Shown here one piece after another: positions 36,278-46,438 of a DNA stretch of 55,432 nucleotides. The notes under the pieces are model-generated. The model worked only from the letters and a program-made list of their open reading frames with translations. It did not search any database and was not told the DNA's origin. This DNA comes from a virus. Its lineage: Duplodnaviria; Caudoviricetes. The position numbers were made by a program, and so were the translations under genes. The stretch spans positions 1 through 55,432 of the IMG/VR virus record IMGVR_UViG_3300047378_000870; one strand, written 5' to 3'. Position 1 is the stretch's first letter; each line of letters begins with the position of its first letter.

Positions 36278-39200
36278 ATGGCTCTGAATCTAAATACAAG
36301 TCCCTATTTTGATGACTTTGATGACGCTAAAAAGTTTGCTAGAATCCTGTTCAAACCAGGAGTCGCGGTTCAAGCTAGAGAGCTTACACAGCTTCAAACT
36401 ATTTTACAAGATACGATCGGTAACTTTGCTGACCATATCTTTAAAGATGGTGGCAAAGTAAAGGGTGCTGCTGGCATCATTCAGGCTTATGATTACATCA
36501 AGATTAATGATGTTGATGCATCATCTGCCACTGTTTCAAATGATACTTTAGAAGATTATATCGGTGATGTTGTAACAGGTGGAACATCTGGTCTGAAAGC
36601 TGAAATTGTAAAAGCTGCTACTGGTCTTGACACGGATGCTGTCGATAAGAAAACCTTTTATCTTAAATACACACAGGGTAGTAACACAGGGTCTTACTTG
36701 CACTTTGAGGCTGGCGAAACACTTACTGTAACCTCTACAGTTTCAGATCGCAACGGCGATACATTTGTAGTTGATAACGGCACAGACTCAAATGATGCTA
36801 CACGCAACTACTACGGTAAGGGTTTGTATTTTACCATTGAAGATGGTATTATCTATGTAAATGGATTATTTGTATATCATACAAAACAAGATATAATCCT
36901 TGAAAAATATAAAGTTTCAGCCAATACATATGTTGGCGTCAAGTTTACTGATTCCAATGTAACATCTGATGATGATTCAACACTAAACGATCCTGCAACA
37001 GGAACATTTAACTTTAATGCTCCAGGAGCTGATCGTTATAAAGTTTCAACGACTATCGCCAAACTCGGTCTGACAGAAACTAATGATGACGATTTTGTTA
37101 GCCTCTATCGTATTGAAGATGGAAGAATTTCCCGTGGCGATGATGTCGGTGATTTGGATTTTTATGCAAGACTCGGTGAAGTTCTCGCTACTAGAACGAA
37201 AGAAGAAAGTGGTGATTATGTTATTAGGAACTTCAGTATTACAGCCCGTGAACATCTCGTAGCAACTGGCAATAGAGGTCTCCTGTCATCTAGCGATGGT
37301 GGTTCTGCAGACCATGTCGCTATTGGCGTCGGTCGTGGTGTTGCATATGTAAATGGACATCGTTCTGAATTGCACTCACCTACATATATCAAAACCAATA
37401 AAGCCAACTCTACACTAACTGAAGAAGGGTTTACAGTATCTACGGCTTATGGTAACTATGTTATTGTCGATGAAGTTGCAGGTAACTGGAATGTTAAGGA
37501 CGGAGACCTTGTTAGATTCGGTGATACAGCTGCTAATGCTGTTACCGACAATACTCACTCTGGTCATGGTGCACCTAGCACGATTATTGGTCAAGCTCGC
37601 ATCCGCCAAATCCGCTATGAAAGCGGCACAGTTAACTCATCTTCTTGTAAGTATCGCCTTTATCTCTATGATATCCGCATGACAGCTGGCACGTTTGCTG
37701 ACGTAAGAACAATCTACTATGATGACCCTTCAGCAGATGGTCACGCTGACCCAGTTCTGGAAAGCTCAAAGGCTGTATTGAAAGAATCTGGTTTCAATAC
37801 GATGCTTTTCCGCGCACCATTTAAAAACACAAAAACTCTAGCAACTGATACTGGTAACACATACGATAATAATTACACGTATCAAAAAGAATTTAATGTG
37901 CAGTTTGCCACAGATGGCACAGCTACGATTACTGTGACAGGCACTGAGTCTTTCCCATATTCTACAACACCTACACAATCTCAGCTTAATACAGAGTTTT
38001 ATATGGCATTTCAAGCTGGTGTCACAATTTCGGGTGGCACTCAGGCTGGCACATATATTGCAGGCGAGGTGTTTAAACTTGAATCTGCAATGATTACATC
38101 TATCTCTAACACAGCTATAAACTTTGATATTGGCACATCTCTAAATTCTGCAACTGATGTGACAATGCAAGTTAAGGTCAAACAAACAGACGTAACACCT
38201 GTTGAGAAACAAGCCCGTGAATCTCGTTATGTTAAAATTGACACAGCTACGAATGTTGGTGGTTCTACTGGTCCATACATTCTTGGATTTCCAGATGTTT
38301 ACAAAATTGAAGCAATTTATGTTGATGGCACTACCTATCAGTCATCAGGGACTGATTACAAAGATCAATTTGTTCTAGAATATGGTCAAAGTGATAACTA
38401 TTATGGTCATTCAAGATTGATTGTAAAACCAGGAGCTACTGTTGATCTTTCTTCTAAGAAAATCACTGTAAAACTGTCATACTTTCATCCTAACTATGGT
38501 GGCACAGTTGGAACATACTTTGCTGTAGATTCTTATCCTGTAGATGATACAGGTTCTTCGGGTATCTACACATACCAAATCCCTCGCTATGTTTCTCCGA
38601 ATTATGGCATTTTCGATCTTAGAAACTGCATAGACTTCCGTCCATATGTTGTTTCTACCTCTACTGACTCAACTACGTTGAGTGGTGCTAGTGAAAACCC
38701 ATTAGAATCTTTTGAACCAAGCACAGTATCGGGTGGATTTGAATTCCCAATTCCAATTGAATCGTTCACAACCGATGCAGAATATTACATACCGCGTATT
38801 GATAAGGTTGCTATCAATGAAAGAGGTAAAGTAATTGTCATTGAGGGTGCGCCAGACTTAGACCCTACTCCTCCGCAAATTCCTGAAAATACTATGGAAT
38901 TGGCAGAATTGTTTATGCCAGCTTACCCAACCATTTCACCTTTCCTCGGGGCTGAAAATGATCGTAAAGATATGGCGATTCGAATTGGTATTCGTCAAAA
39001 TAAACGATACACGATGGCTGATGTTGGCAATATTGATAAGCGTATTAATAGGCTCGAATATTACACAGCATTAACATTACTTGAACAGGAAACCGAGAAT
39101 CTGACGATTGTAGATAGTTCTGGTAATAATAGATTTAAAAATGGTATCTTTATCAATCCATTCTCTGATCACAAGTTGAGCAATATTTTAGATCCTGATT

Positions 39201-42200
39201 TTGCTGCATCAATTCATTCTAAGAAAAAATTCTGCACTACAAATTTTGTCAGAGAGAATATTGATGTTGTTTATGACAGTGTTAACTCAACTGGCATTAC
39301 AAGAACTGGTAACTTATTGACACTACCATATTCAGCAGTTGATTATAAGGCTAATCTAAACGCTTCTAAATTTAGAAACTTGGCAGGTGAATTGACATTC
39401 TTCTTCCAAGGTGACATGGAATTGTATCCACCATCAGATAACTTCACATATATTGAAGACGGTGGTGAAACACAAGTTCCAGGCACTGCATTCGAAGAAA
39501 TACAAAATAATGTTTCTACGGCATTGAATAATGCAAATCTTATCAATGATATCGATCTTACATTAGGTAATCCAGTCGAAGGTCCATTTGAAGCTGTTGA
39601 CACTGGTGACAATGGGTTCGGTTGGTGGAATTCAACCACTTCTCAATCTATTACAACACAAGAACTTAGTCAACAAACCTCAAATGTTACGTTCGATGGT
39701 TCATTAAATCAACCTGTAGAACAAAGTTTCGGAGACCAAATTATTGATGTTGGGTTTGCACCATTTATGCGTTCACAAATTGTGACGGTTTATGTTGCTC
39801 GATTAAAACCAAACACTCGTTATTACGCATTCTTTGATGGTGAAGATGTAAATGCTGACTGCCGTCCTATAGTGTTGTCTGACTTTAAATCAGTAGTTAC
39901 AGCCAATCCAGATAACTTCTGGTCAGATTTTTCTGACACGACTAATGATTTTAATGATAGTCTCGTATCATCATCAACTGGTGAGATAGCATTACAATTC
40001 CGTATCCCTGCTGGTAGATTCACAATCGGTGAAAAAACCTTTAGGCTCTCTGATGATCTTAAGAACAGAAATGATTTAACGACTTCAGCAGCTGAGTCAA
40101 GATTTACAAGTTTTGGGTTGAATGCAGTTTCGACTGAAACTATCGTATCCACACAATTTGCTTCGTTTCAACCTAAAACTATCAGTGATGATCCAGAAAC
40201 TGTAGGATCTTTTTCTACAACAAACCGCGTCACGACACCAGCATTTACTTTCAATTTTAACATATTAGGCTTCGGCAATCTCGGGAATTTCACTTTCGGC
40301 TCAGAGCCATTAGCCCAAACATTTATGATTACTGGTGATGATGGTCATGGTGTGTTTATACCAAAAGTTGATTTGTATTTCCGCGAGAAACACGCTACGT
40401 TAGGTGTTACAGTTGAAATTAGAGATGTTGTGAATGGATACCCAGGAGATCACTTAGTTCCATACTCTCAGAAATATTTAGAACCTAGTGATGTTAATAT
40501 CTCAACAACAGCAGAAGATGGAACTGTCACCTTCAATGAAACTGCAGTCACCTTTGACTCACCAGTTTATTTGACAAGCGGCAAAGAATATTGTATTGTT
40601 TTAAAACCACAAGGCAACAACACAGGTTATACACACTGGGTTTCAGAACTTGGTAAAAATGAAGTTGGCACAACCAACCGCATTACTGCTTCAGACTTGA
40701 CGAATGAAGGTGTATTATTTACATCTGTTAACAACAGGACATGGTCTGCCTTCCAAGCTGAAGATTTGAAATTCAAGCTGTATCGTTGTGATTTTACAAC
40801 TGACACTGATGGCGTCGCCAAATTCACCAACTTTGATGGCGACTACTTAAAAATTAAAGACTTAGATACTGGTGTATTTGCAGCTGGCGATAAAGTTCAT
40901 GGTCTTGATATTACTGTAGCAGGTGGTGGTTCAGGTCATGCCGTTAGTGATATTGTGACATTAGCTGGCTTTGGTAATGGCACAGGTGCTAAGATCAAAG
41001 TTCTTTCCGTATCATCTGGTGCTATCACCACTTTTGAAATAAATGATATGGGGTCAGGCTTCACAGCAGATGGATCTGCAGTTGCGCAGTCAGCCACGAC
41101 TGGCTCGGGAACAGGTGCTACATTTAATATTACAACTAAGACTGGCACAGTTGAAAGATTCTCTTCAGAGTTTCAAGTCGCTCGTGTTAAAGTTACAAAA
41201 TCTACTTTTGGTGCAAATGATGACATTTCTAATGGCACGACTGACGGTAAGATCGACCAAATTGAAAATAAAACCTTTAATACTATAAAACTTAATTTTG
41301 GTCAGATTGAATTTCCTGATACCAGTATTGCACACGAGTATGATGGAACTAAATCTAGTGGTGTTTCAAGTAAAGGCACAATAAGTCGCAAGTTAGGTCA
41401 GGCTGAGACTCAAGTAACACTTGAGGAGTATGCTGTATATTCTGAATCTAATGAGACAGCTAACTTGAGCGGTAATAAGTCATTTAATTCTGATGCGACT
41501 TTCTCAACATCGAGTAATCTTGTAAGCCCAGTTGTTGACTTATCTCGGGCGAGTTATATTGTAACGAAAAATACAGTTAACAATGACTCTACAAATGAAG
41601 ATTCTAACAATGGTGGTAACTCGCTTTCTCGGTATATTTCTAAGAAAGTCCAGCTTGCTGATGGTCAAGAAGCACAAGATATCCGTGTCGTTCTTGATCA
41701 GTTGACACCAGTTGGTTCGTCTGTTAAAGTGTATGGTAAGTTCCGTGCACCAGAGGATGAAGTTTCTGATTTCCGCGAAGAACTTAATTGGATTGAACTT
41801 TCGCTCGTAGAAACTCCTAAGAATGACGGTGAAAGTAACAAACGCTTCATTGAGTATGAATACAAACTTTCTGATGCCAACCTTGACGGTAATGATATTT
41901 TCGAATATGATGTCAAGCGTGTTAATGCGACAACGATTACTGCTGGCGGTTCTGGTTATACTTCACCTCCAACGGTAACTTTCTCTGGTGGCACATCAAC
42001 TAGACAGGCGAAGGGGTTTGCTGTATTGTCAGGTGGTGCAGTATCTGAAATTGTGATTACTGATCCAGGTCGCTATACTGGTTCGACAGCTCCGACGATT
42101 ACAATCTCTGGTGGCGGTGGTTCAAGTGCTACAGCTACTTCGACGATTGGAACTGCAACCTTTAAAGAATTCAAAGAGTTTGCTATCAAAGTTGTATTCC

Positions 42201-42265
42201 TGTCTAGCAATACATCTAATGTCCCGAAAATTAGAAATTTGCGAGCTATCGCACTGCAGGCATAA
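36278..42265 (+). CDS. Large virion protein, VrlC/DUF4815-like
   Basis: LNTSPYFDDFD...ILFKPG.AVQARELTQLQ, APGADR, YTMADVG.I.KRI.RLEYYT.L.LLE, RFKNG. Confidence 0.85.
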   Translation: MALNLNTSPYFDDFDDAKKFARILFKPGVAVQARELTQLQTILQDTIGNFADHIFKDGGKVKGAAGIIQAYDYIKINDVDASSATVSNDTLEDYIGDVVTGGTSGLKAEIVKAATGLDTDAVDKKTFYLKYTQGSNTGSYLHFEAGETLTVTSTVSDRNGDTFVVDNGTDSNDATRNYYGKGLYFTIEDGIIYVNGLFVYHTKQDIILEKYKVSANTYVGVKFTDSNVTSDDDSTLNDPATGTFNFNAPGADRYKVSTTIAKLGLTETNDDDFVSLYRIEDGRISRGDDVGDLDFYARLGEVLATRTKEESGDYVIRNFSITAREHLVATGNRGLLSSSDGGSADHVAIGVGRGVAYVNGHRSELHSPTYIKTNKANSTLTEEGFTVSTAYGNYVIVDEVAGNWNVKDGDLVRFGDTAANAVTDNTHSGHGAPSTIIGQARIRQIRYESGTVNSSSCKYRLYLYDIRMTAGTFADVRTIYYDDPSADGHADPVLESSKAVLKESGFNTMLFRAPFKNTKTLATDTGNTYDNNYTYQKEFNVQFATDGTATITVTGTESFPYSTTPTQSQLNTEFYMAFQAGVTISGGTQAGTYIAGEVFKLESAMITSISNTAINFDIGTSLNSATDVTMQVKVKQTDVTPVEKQARESRYVKIDTATNVGGSTGPYILGFPDVYKIEAIYVDGTTYQSSGTDYKDQFVLEYGQSDNYYGHSRLIVKPGATVDLSSKKITVKLSYFHPNYGGTVGTYFAVDSYPVDDTGSSGIYTYQIPRYVSPNYGIFDLRNCIDFRPYVVSTSTDSTTLSGASENPLESFEPSTVSGGFEFPIPIESFTTDAEYYIPRIDKVAINERGKVIVIEGAPDLDPTPPQIPENTMELAELFMPAYPTISPFLGAENDRKDMAIRIGIRQNKRYTMADVGNIDKRINRLEYYTALTLLEQETENLTIVDSSGNNRFKNGIFINPFSDHKLSNILDPDFAASIHSKKKFCTTNFVRENIDVVYDSVNSTGITRTGNLLTLPYSAVDYKANLNASKFRNLAGELTFFFQGDMELYPPSDNFTYIEDGGETQVPGTAFEEIQNNVSTALNNANLINDIDLTLGNPVEGPFEAVDTGDNGFGWWNSTTSQSITTQELSQQTSNVTFDGSLNQPVEQSFGDQIIDVGFAPFMRSQIVTVYVARLKPNTRYYAFFDGEDVNADCRPIVLSDFKSVVTANPDNFWSDFSDTTNDFNDSLVSSSTGEIALQFRIPAGRFTIGEKTFRLSDDLKNRNDLTTSAAESRFTSFGLNAVSTETIVSTQFASFQPKTISDDPETVGSFSTTNRVTTPAFTFNFNILGFGNLGNFTFGSEPLAQTFMITGDDGHGVFIPKVDLYFREKHATLGVTVEIRDVVNGYPGDHLVPYSQKYLEPSDVNISTTAEDGTVTFNETAVTFDSPVYLTSGKEYCIVLKPQGNNTGYTHWVSELGKNEVGTTNRITASDLTNEGVLFTSVNNRTWSAFQAEDLKFKLYRCDFTTDTDGVAKFTNFDGDYLKIKDLDTGVFAAGDKVHGLDITVAGGGSGHAVSDIVTLAGFGNGTGAKIKVLSVSSGAITTFEINDMGSGFTADGSAVAQSATTGSGTGATFNITTKTGTVERFSSEFQVARVKVTKSTFGANDDISNGTTDGKIDQIENKTFNTIKLNFGQIEFPDTSIAHEYDGTKSSGVSSKGTISRKLGQAETQVTLEEYAVYSESNETANLSGNKSFNSDATFSTSSNLVSPVVDLSRASYIVTKNTVNNDSTNEDSNNGGNSLSRYISKKVQLADGQEAQDIRVVLDQLTPVGSSVKVYGKFRAPEDEVSDFREELNWIELSLVETPKNDGESNKRFIEYEYKLSDANLDGNDIFEYDVKRVNATTITAGGSGYTSPPTVTFSGGTSTRQAKGFAVLSGGAVSEIVITDPGRYTGSTAPTITISGGGGSSATATSTIGTATFKEFKEFAIKVVFLSSNTSNVPKIRNLRAIALQA

Positions 42266-42268
42266 TAA

Positions 42269-42469
42269 ATGAATGATTTGAAGACAGATAAATATTTGAG
42301 AGACGAATCTACTGGAGCTTTATTGAGTAGAGATCATGCAGGTCTTGCGGCATATAAAGCTAAGAAGAAACAGTCGAACCTTATTGATGAAGTTTGTAAT
42401 GATATAAATAGTGTAAAACAGGACTTGGCTGATATAAAAGAAGCCTTAAAAGAAATTTTGGATAGGTAA
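42269..42469 (+). CDS. Small coiled-coil hypothetical protein
   Basis: RD..TGALL motif followed by a heptad C-terminus. Confidence 0.6.
   Translation: MNDLKTDKYLRDESTGALLSRDHAGLAAYKAKKKQSNLIDEVCNDINSVKQDLADIKEALKEILDR
42403..42410 (+). promoter_or_regulatory. T4 late promoter (internal, upstream of 42475)
   Basis: Perfect TATAAATA. Confidence 0.5.
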
Positions 42470-42474
42470 CACAA

Positions 42475-43515
42475 ATGTCAACACTTACAACTCGTTCAGG
42501 TAAAGGTTCTCCTCTGACAAATACAGAGGTGGATACAAACTTTACCAATCTGAATACCGACAAATATCAAAGCGGCGATGATATTAGCGTTGGTGATATT
42601 ACTGTCACGGGCAAATTTATCGTTGGAGTTGATGCTTCTGTTACTGCCGCTGGCACGACTCAAGGAGCTGCCACAGATCTTTCAAAGACATATAATATCG
42701 TAAACACTGCATCAGCAAACCAAGGCGTTCAGCTCCCAGATGCTGTAACTGGCACAAGGGTAACAGTTTTTAACTCGACAACTGCTACGATTAAAGTTTG
42801 GCCATACACCAACGAATCTATCAATGACTTGTCAGCTAATACTGCATTAGATCTTGGTCCAGAAAAAGGTCGTGACTTTGTTGCCGTGTCGGCTACTCAA
42901 TGGCAATCAACTGATGAGGGTGATGCTGTAGTTGCTACAACTATAGATGCGACTGGTCTTGCGTCCTTAGATGGCGGTATTGATGTTGATGGCGCGTTTA
43001 CTGTTGCTGATGGAACAGGTAATATTGACACATCTGGCACATTGACTGTTGATGGTCTTTCATCTCTCGATGGTGGTATTGATGTAAACGGTTCGAACTT
43101 TACTGTTTCTACAGCAGGTGCTATCGTCGGTTCAAGTATCAGTATTTCTGGCGCAACGACACTTTCAGGCGACCTTAAATATGGTGTGACAGCTTCTATT
43201 ACTGCGGCTGGTTCATCGCAAGGCGATGCCGTTGCCCTTACTGAAACTGTTAATGTAGTGACGACTGCCTCCGCGAACCAAGGTGTTAAGCTGAAATCTG
43301 CTGTCGCTGGTCTCAAAACTGAAATCTATAATACAACCAATGCTGATATTAAAGTTTATCCAAATACTTCTGATACGATCGACGGTGGTTCAGCCAATGC
43401 CGCGAAAATGCTTGCAAGTGGAGCTTCAATGGTTCTAGTATGTAAGGATTCTACTAACTGGGAAGTTCAACGCCCAATAGTAGTTAAAAATTTGAATAAC
43501 GTAGTAATTAATTAG
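42475..43515 (+). CDS. Virion fibre-like structural protein with internal domain duplication
   Basis: N-terminal KGSPLTNTEVDTNFTNLN fibre-anchor motif; duplicated TAAG.TQG.A..L....N+V.TASANQGV.L domain. Confidence 0.65.
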   Translation: MSTLTTRSGKGSPLTNTEVDTNFTNLNTDKYQSGDDISVGDITVTGKFIVGVDASVTAAGTTQGAATDLSKTYNIVNTASANQGVQLPDAVTGTRVTVFNSTTATIKVWPYTNESINDLSANTALDLGPEKGRDFVAVSATQWQSTDEGDAVVATTIDATGLASLDGGIDVDGAFTVADGTGNIDTSGTLTVDGLSSLDGGIDVNGSNFTVSTAGAIVGSSISISGATTLSGDLKYGVTASITAAGSSQGDAVALTETVNVVTTASANQGVKLKSAVAGLKTEIYNTTNADIKVYPNTSDTIDGGSANAAKMLASGASMVLVCKDSTNWEVQRPIVVKNLNNVVIN

Positions 43516-43523
43516 GTGATTAA

Positions 43524-44678
43524 ATGGTAGATGAAGCTGCAAAGATTGAAGCTGAAGAGACTTCGGGTGTTCCAACTGATCTACAAAGCATCAGAACATT
43601 CAGCTTTTTTGGCAACCCCGATATAGAAATGCGGCGTTATACTGGTCGTTGGATTTCGGTGCGGTTTGCAGGAAACCATCTTAATACAGCGAGTCTACAA
43701 ATATCAACTATGAGTCCAGGAACAGGGTATACAGAAGTCGGGCGATTTGATAACACAGTGCGCGATGACGCTGTTGGCACACACCCTACCGATGGTGCAA
43801 CGACTTTAGTGCAGAGATATCGTATTAACCAATATACAACTGGGATTGATGAATCTCAGGGATCTGGTCTAATAGCCCATCGCCCACTAAAAATTGATGA
43901 TAATGGTGAATTGGTAGAGATGACTGATACTGAGATTCGAGAGATTATCTTAGATCCTATCATTAAAGAAATAGTTGACCAAGGTCAATTTACATGTGGT
44001 CAATACCGCCTCGAAGCTGCAGCTCCTAGCACAACAATTCCCGCTGGCGCGAGCGTAACTCGTCAGAATGCTGATGTTGGAACATGGACAGACAGAGGAA
44101 CTATTTCTGACACTCAAGTTGACGGAACTACTGTGACAAAAACTCTTTGGCAAAAGACTTCTCCTAGAGGTTATTTAGCTCCAGGAGGAAACAGAACGCT
44201 GTTATATCTCACAGATGATGGTGAAATTACAGAGTTTACACACACTGAGTTATATACTTTTGATGCTATGCTCCGTAATCGTATTCTTGCTAACAATATT
44301 GGTAGATATGTTTTTGACACTGCTGCCCCAACTACTGGCGGAACTTGGCAGCAGATGGGCGAAACAATGACTGATCAGCGCAAACAAACAGCAACATATG
44401 CCTACGCTGGAACCTATACGGGTTCTTATTCTGGAACTTATACAGGCTATTACACTGGAACCTACACTGGTTATTACACTGGTTCATATGCTGCTGATTA
44501 TGGTGGTTTCGCAGGAACATCATATTCTGGTGATTATGCTGGCGATTACACTGGCACATATGCTGGCGATTACACTGGTTCATATTCAGGAGACTACACT
44601 GGCACATATGATGGCGTAACAATTATCTCATCATCTGAAACGGTATCATCTAAAAAACTGTTCGTTCGTATCGCCTAA
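43524..44678 (+). CDS. Virion structural protein with a C-terminal Y-x-G-x repeat tract
   Basis: RPLKID motif; YAGTYTGSYSGTYTGYYTG... repeats. Confidence 0.65.
   Translation: MVDEAAKIEAEETSGVPTDLQSIRTFSFFGNPDIEMRRYTGRWISVRFAGNHLNTASLQISTMSPGTGYTEVGRFDNTVRDDAVGTHPTDGATTLVQRYRINQYTTGIDESQGSGLIAHRPLKIDDNGELVEMTDTEIREIILDPIIKEIVDQGQFTCGQYRLEAAAPSTTIPAGASVTRQNADVGTWTDRGTISDTQVDGTTVTKTLWQKTSPRGYLAPGGNRTLLYLTDDGEITEFTHTELYTFDAMLRNRILANNIGRYVFDTAAPTTGGTWQQMGETMTDQRKQTATYAYAGTYTGSYSGTYTGYYTGTYTGYYTGSYAADYGGFAGTSYSGDYAGDYTGTYAGDYTGSYSGDYTGTYDGVTIISSSETVSSKKLFVRIA
44403..44615 (+). repeat. Degenerate 12-bp tandem repeat (TACACTGGNNNN) encoding YxGx
   Basis: Repeated tacactgg/tatgctgg/tattctgg units at 12-nt period, with one interruption. 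Confidence 0.85.
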
Positions 44679-44714
44679 ATATTATACATTATTTTATATT
44701 ATGGAGTCTATATA

Positions 44715-45149
44715 ATGTCTGAAGAAACCTTTCCGAAATACAAAGATCCCATTTGGCACGATAAATCCAACCGAGCCATCACATGCCGCATTCATCAAGG
44801 TGACGGGGAATATGCTACAGCACAAATTGTAGCAGCTGATGGGGAAAACGCTGATTATGATGCTGTGTTAGAAATGTATGGCGAAGAAGAAATTGATCGT
44901 CTCACAGAAAAACACGAAGAACAAAAAATCAAAAATCAACAGATCGAAGCCGAAAGAGCTGCAGCTCATATGGCCAGAAAAAGGCAAGAAGTTTTATTTA
45001 ATATGAAACTTGAGGCATTCGAAGTAGAAGAAATCAAAAACTCTACTAATAGAGATCTTAAGAAGCGTCTTCGCAAAGCTAAATCTGTCATCGAAGTTCA
45101 AGCATTTGCTACATTATTGATTCAAGACGCCCTCAATAATGCAGAGTAA
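44715..45149 (+). CDS. Hypothetical protein
   Basis: SD GGAG; LF..KL.AFE+EEIKNS...LKKRLRKAK C-terminus. Confidence 0.6.
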   Translation: MSEETFPKYKDPIWHDKSNRAITCRIHQGDGEYATAQIVAADGENADYDAVLEMYGEEEIDRLTEKHEEQKIKNQQIEAERAAAHMARKRQEVLFNMKLEAFEVEEIKNSTNRDLKKRLRKAKSVIEVQAFATLLIQDALNNAE

Positions 45150-45852
45150 TGGCTATCTATTAGTCGCCTCTGTAAATAAAGCATACTACGACGCAGCACT
45201 TAGGTGTGCTGAATCCCTCTTAGACTTTTATCCAGAAGCGAAAATCACCTTATTCACCCACGAAGAATGGGTTTGTGATTATGCGCGCGAATTATTTGAG
45301 AACATAATAACTGATGATGTTCCGAATCATATCAGAGCTAAACTCTGGGCATTATCAAAGTCGCCCTATGACGTGACTTTATATCTCGATTGCGACACAG
45401 TGATACAACACGAAGACATTTCAGAAGTTTTTGATTTCTTAGGTGAGAACGATATTCTATTTACCAGAAACCGTCCTTATAATGCTAAGATTACAAAACT
45501 CTCTGAAACTGAAGAAATGATTTATCATTGTGGTTTGTTTCTCTACAACACTACTACAACCAAACAACTCATGGATAGTTGGTATGAGTGGTATCTAGAG
45601 CAGCGAACACCTTCTTGGGATCCGACTCCATACCCTGAGAAGGTTCGCCCATGGGATACATTTACTATGTGGAATCTCTTGACTAATGGTAACTTTGACG
45701 TTAAAGTAGGAGAGTTCCCAGCACCTGATGCAAGGTGGAACTTTGTGAACGGATATAAAGAAGATGAATTGCAGGGAACTGACGCAGTAGTTTATCACTA
45801 TACATTTCCTAAAGGCGAGAGAGAAAACGGTGAGATTTATAGATCTAAATGA
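45139..45852 (+). CDS. GT-A glycosyltransferase (GT8-like)
   Basis: RAKLWAL..SPYDVTLYLDCD (DxD), WDTF, RWN, HYT. Confidence 0.75.
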   Translation: MQSNGYLLVASVNKAYYDAALRCAESLLDFYPEAKITLFTHEEWVCDYARELFENIITDDVPNHIRAKLWALSKSPYDVTLYLDCDTVIQHEDISEVFDFLGENDILFTRNRPYNAKITKLSETEEMIYHCGLFLYNTTTTKQLMDSWYEWYLEQRTPSWDPTPYPEKVRPWDTFTMWNLLTNGNFDVKVGEFPAPDARWNFVNGYKEDELQGTDAVVYHYTFPKGERENGEIYRSK

Positions 45853-46438
45853 TGAGATACTTGAGATATTGAATCGACACAGCGATTGGTTCTTTGGCCA
45901 AGATTTATCGGAACTTCATATTGATCAGAAAGGTCAATCTGATATAGAACATGCCCAGTCATACGAATACCTAAAAGAAATGATAGCGAAACCTATGGGC
46001 AAAAAAGAAGGTGAGCATGCTGGTCCACCAGAAGTAATCCGTAACTCTCACTTTGGTCCAGGAAGCAGAAATCCGCAAAAATATAAAAATGAATCGATAC
46101 GCTTCAATGATGAGTTAGTGAAGTTCTTGGGAGCGAGGCAAAGTGCCGTGCATGTATATTACCCAAAAGATGGATACATGGGCTGGCATAACAATTGGGA
46201 TGTTCCAGGATATAATATTCTTTTCAATTACAACACAGGCGACGGCTGGTTCCAGCACTGGGACGGCGAAATTATACACACATTGCCAGACTGGAAGGGG
46301 TGGTCAGCGAAGGTGGGATATTACGGTGGGCAGGATGAACCCTTCTGGCATTGCGCTGGCGGTGGTCCAAGAATCACTTTAGGGTTTGTGATCCCTGATG
46401 AGGGAATGTGGGAAATGATGGTAGAGGATATTACTTAG
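45830..46438 (+). CDS. Cupin/2OG-Fe(II) oxygenase-like protein
   Basis: YYPKDGYMGWHNN...WHCA....RITLGF: a DSBH-like His pair with a distal Arg. Confidence 0.5.
   Translation: MRFIDLNDEILEILNRHSDWFFGQDLSELHIDQKGQSDIEHAQSYEYLKEMIAKPMGKKEGEHAGPPEVIRNSHFGPGSRNPQKYKNESIRFNDELVKFLGARQSAVHVYYPKDGYMGWHNNWDVPGYNILFNYNTGDGWFQHWDGEIIHTLPDWKGWSAKVGYYGGQDEPFWHCAGGGPRITLGFVIPDEGMWEMMVEDIT

Noticed and set aside
44403-44615. CRISPR-like array
   Set aside because: The units are 12-nt in-frame coding repeats without unique spacers.
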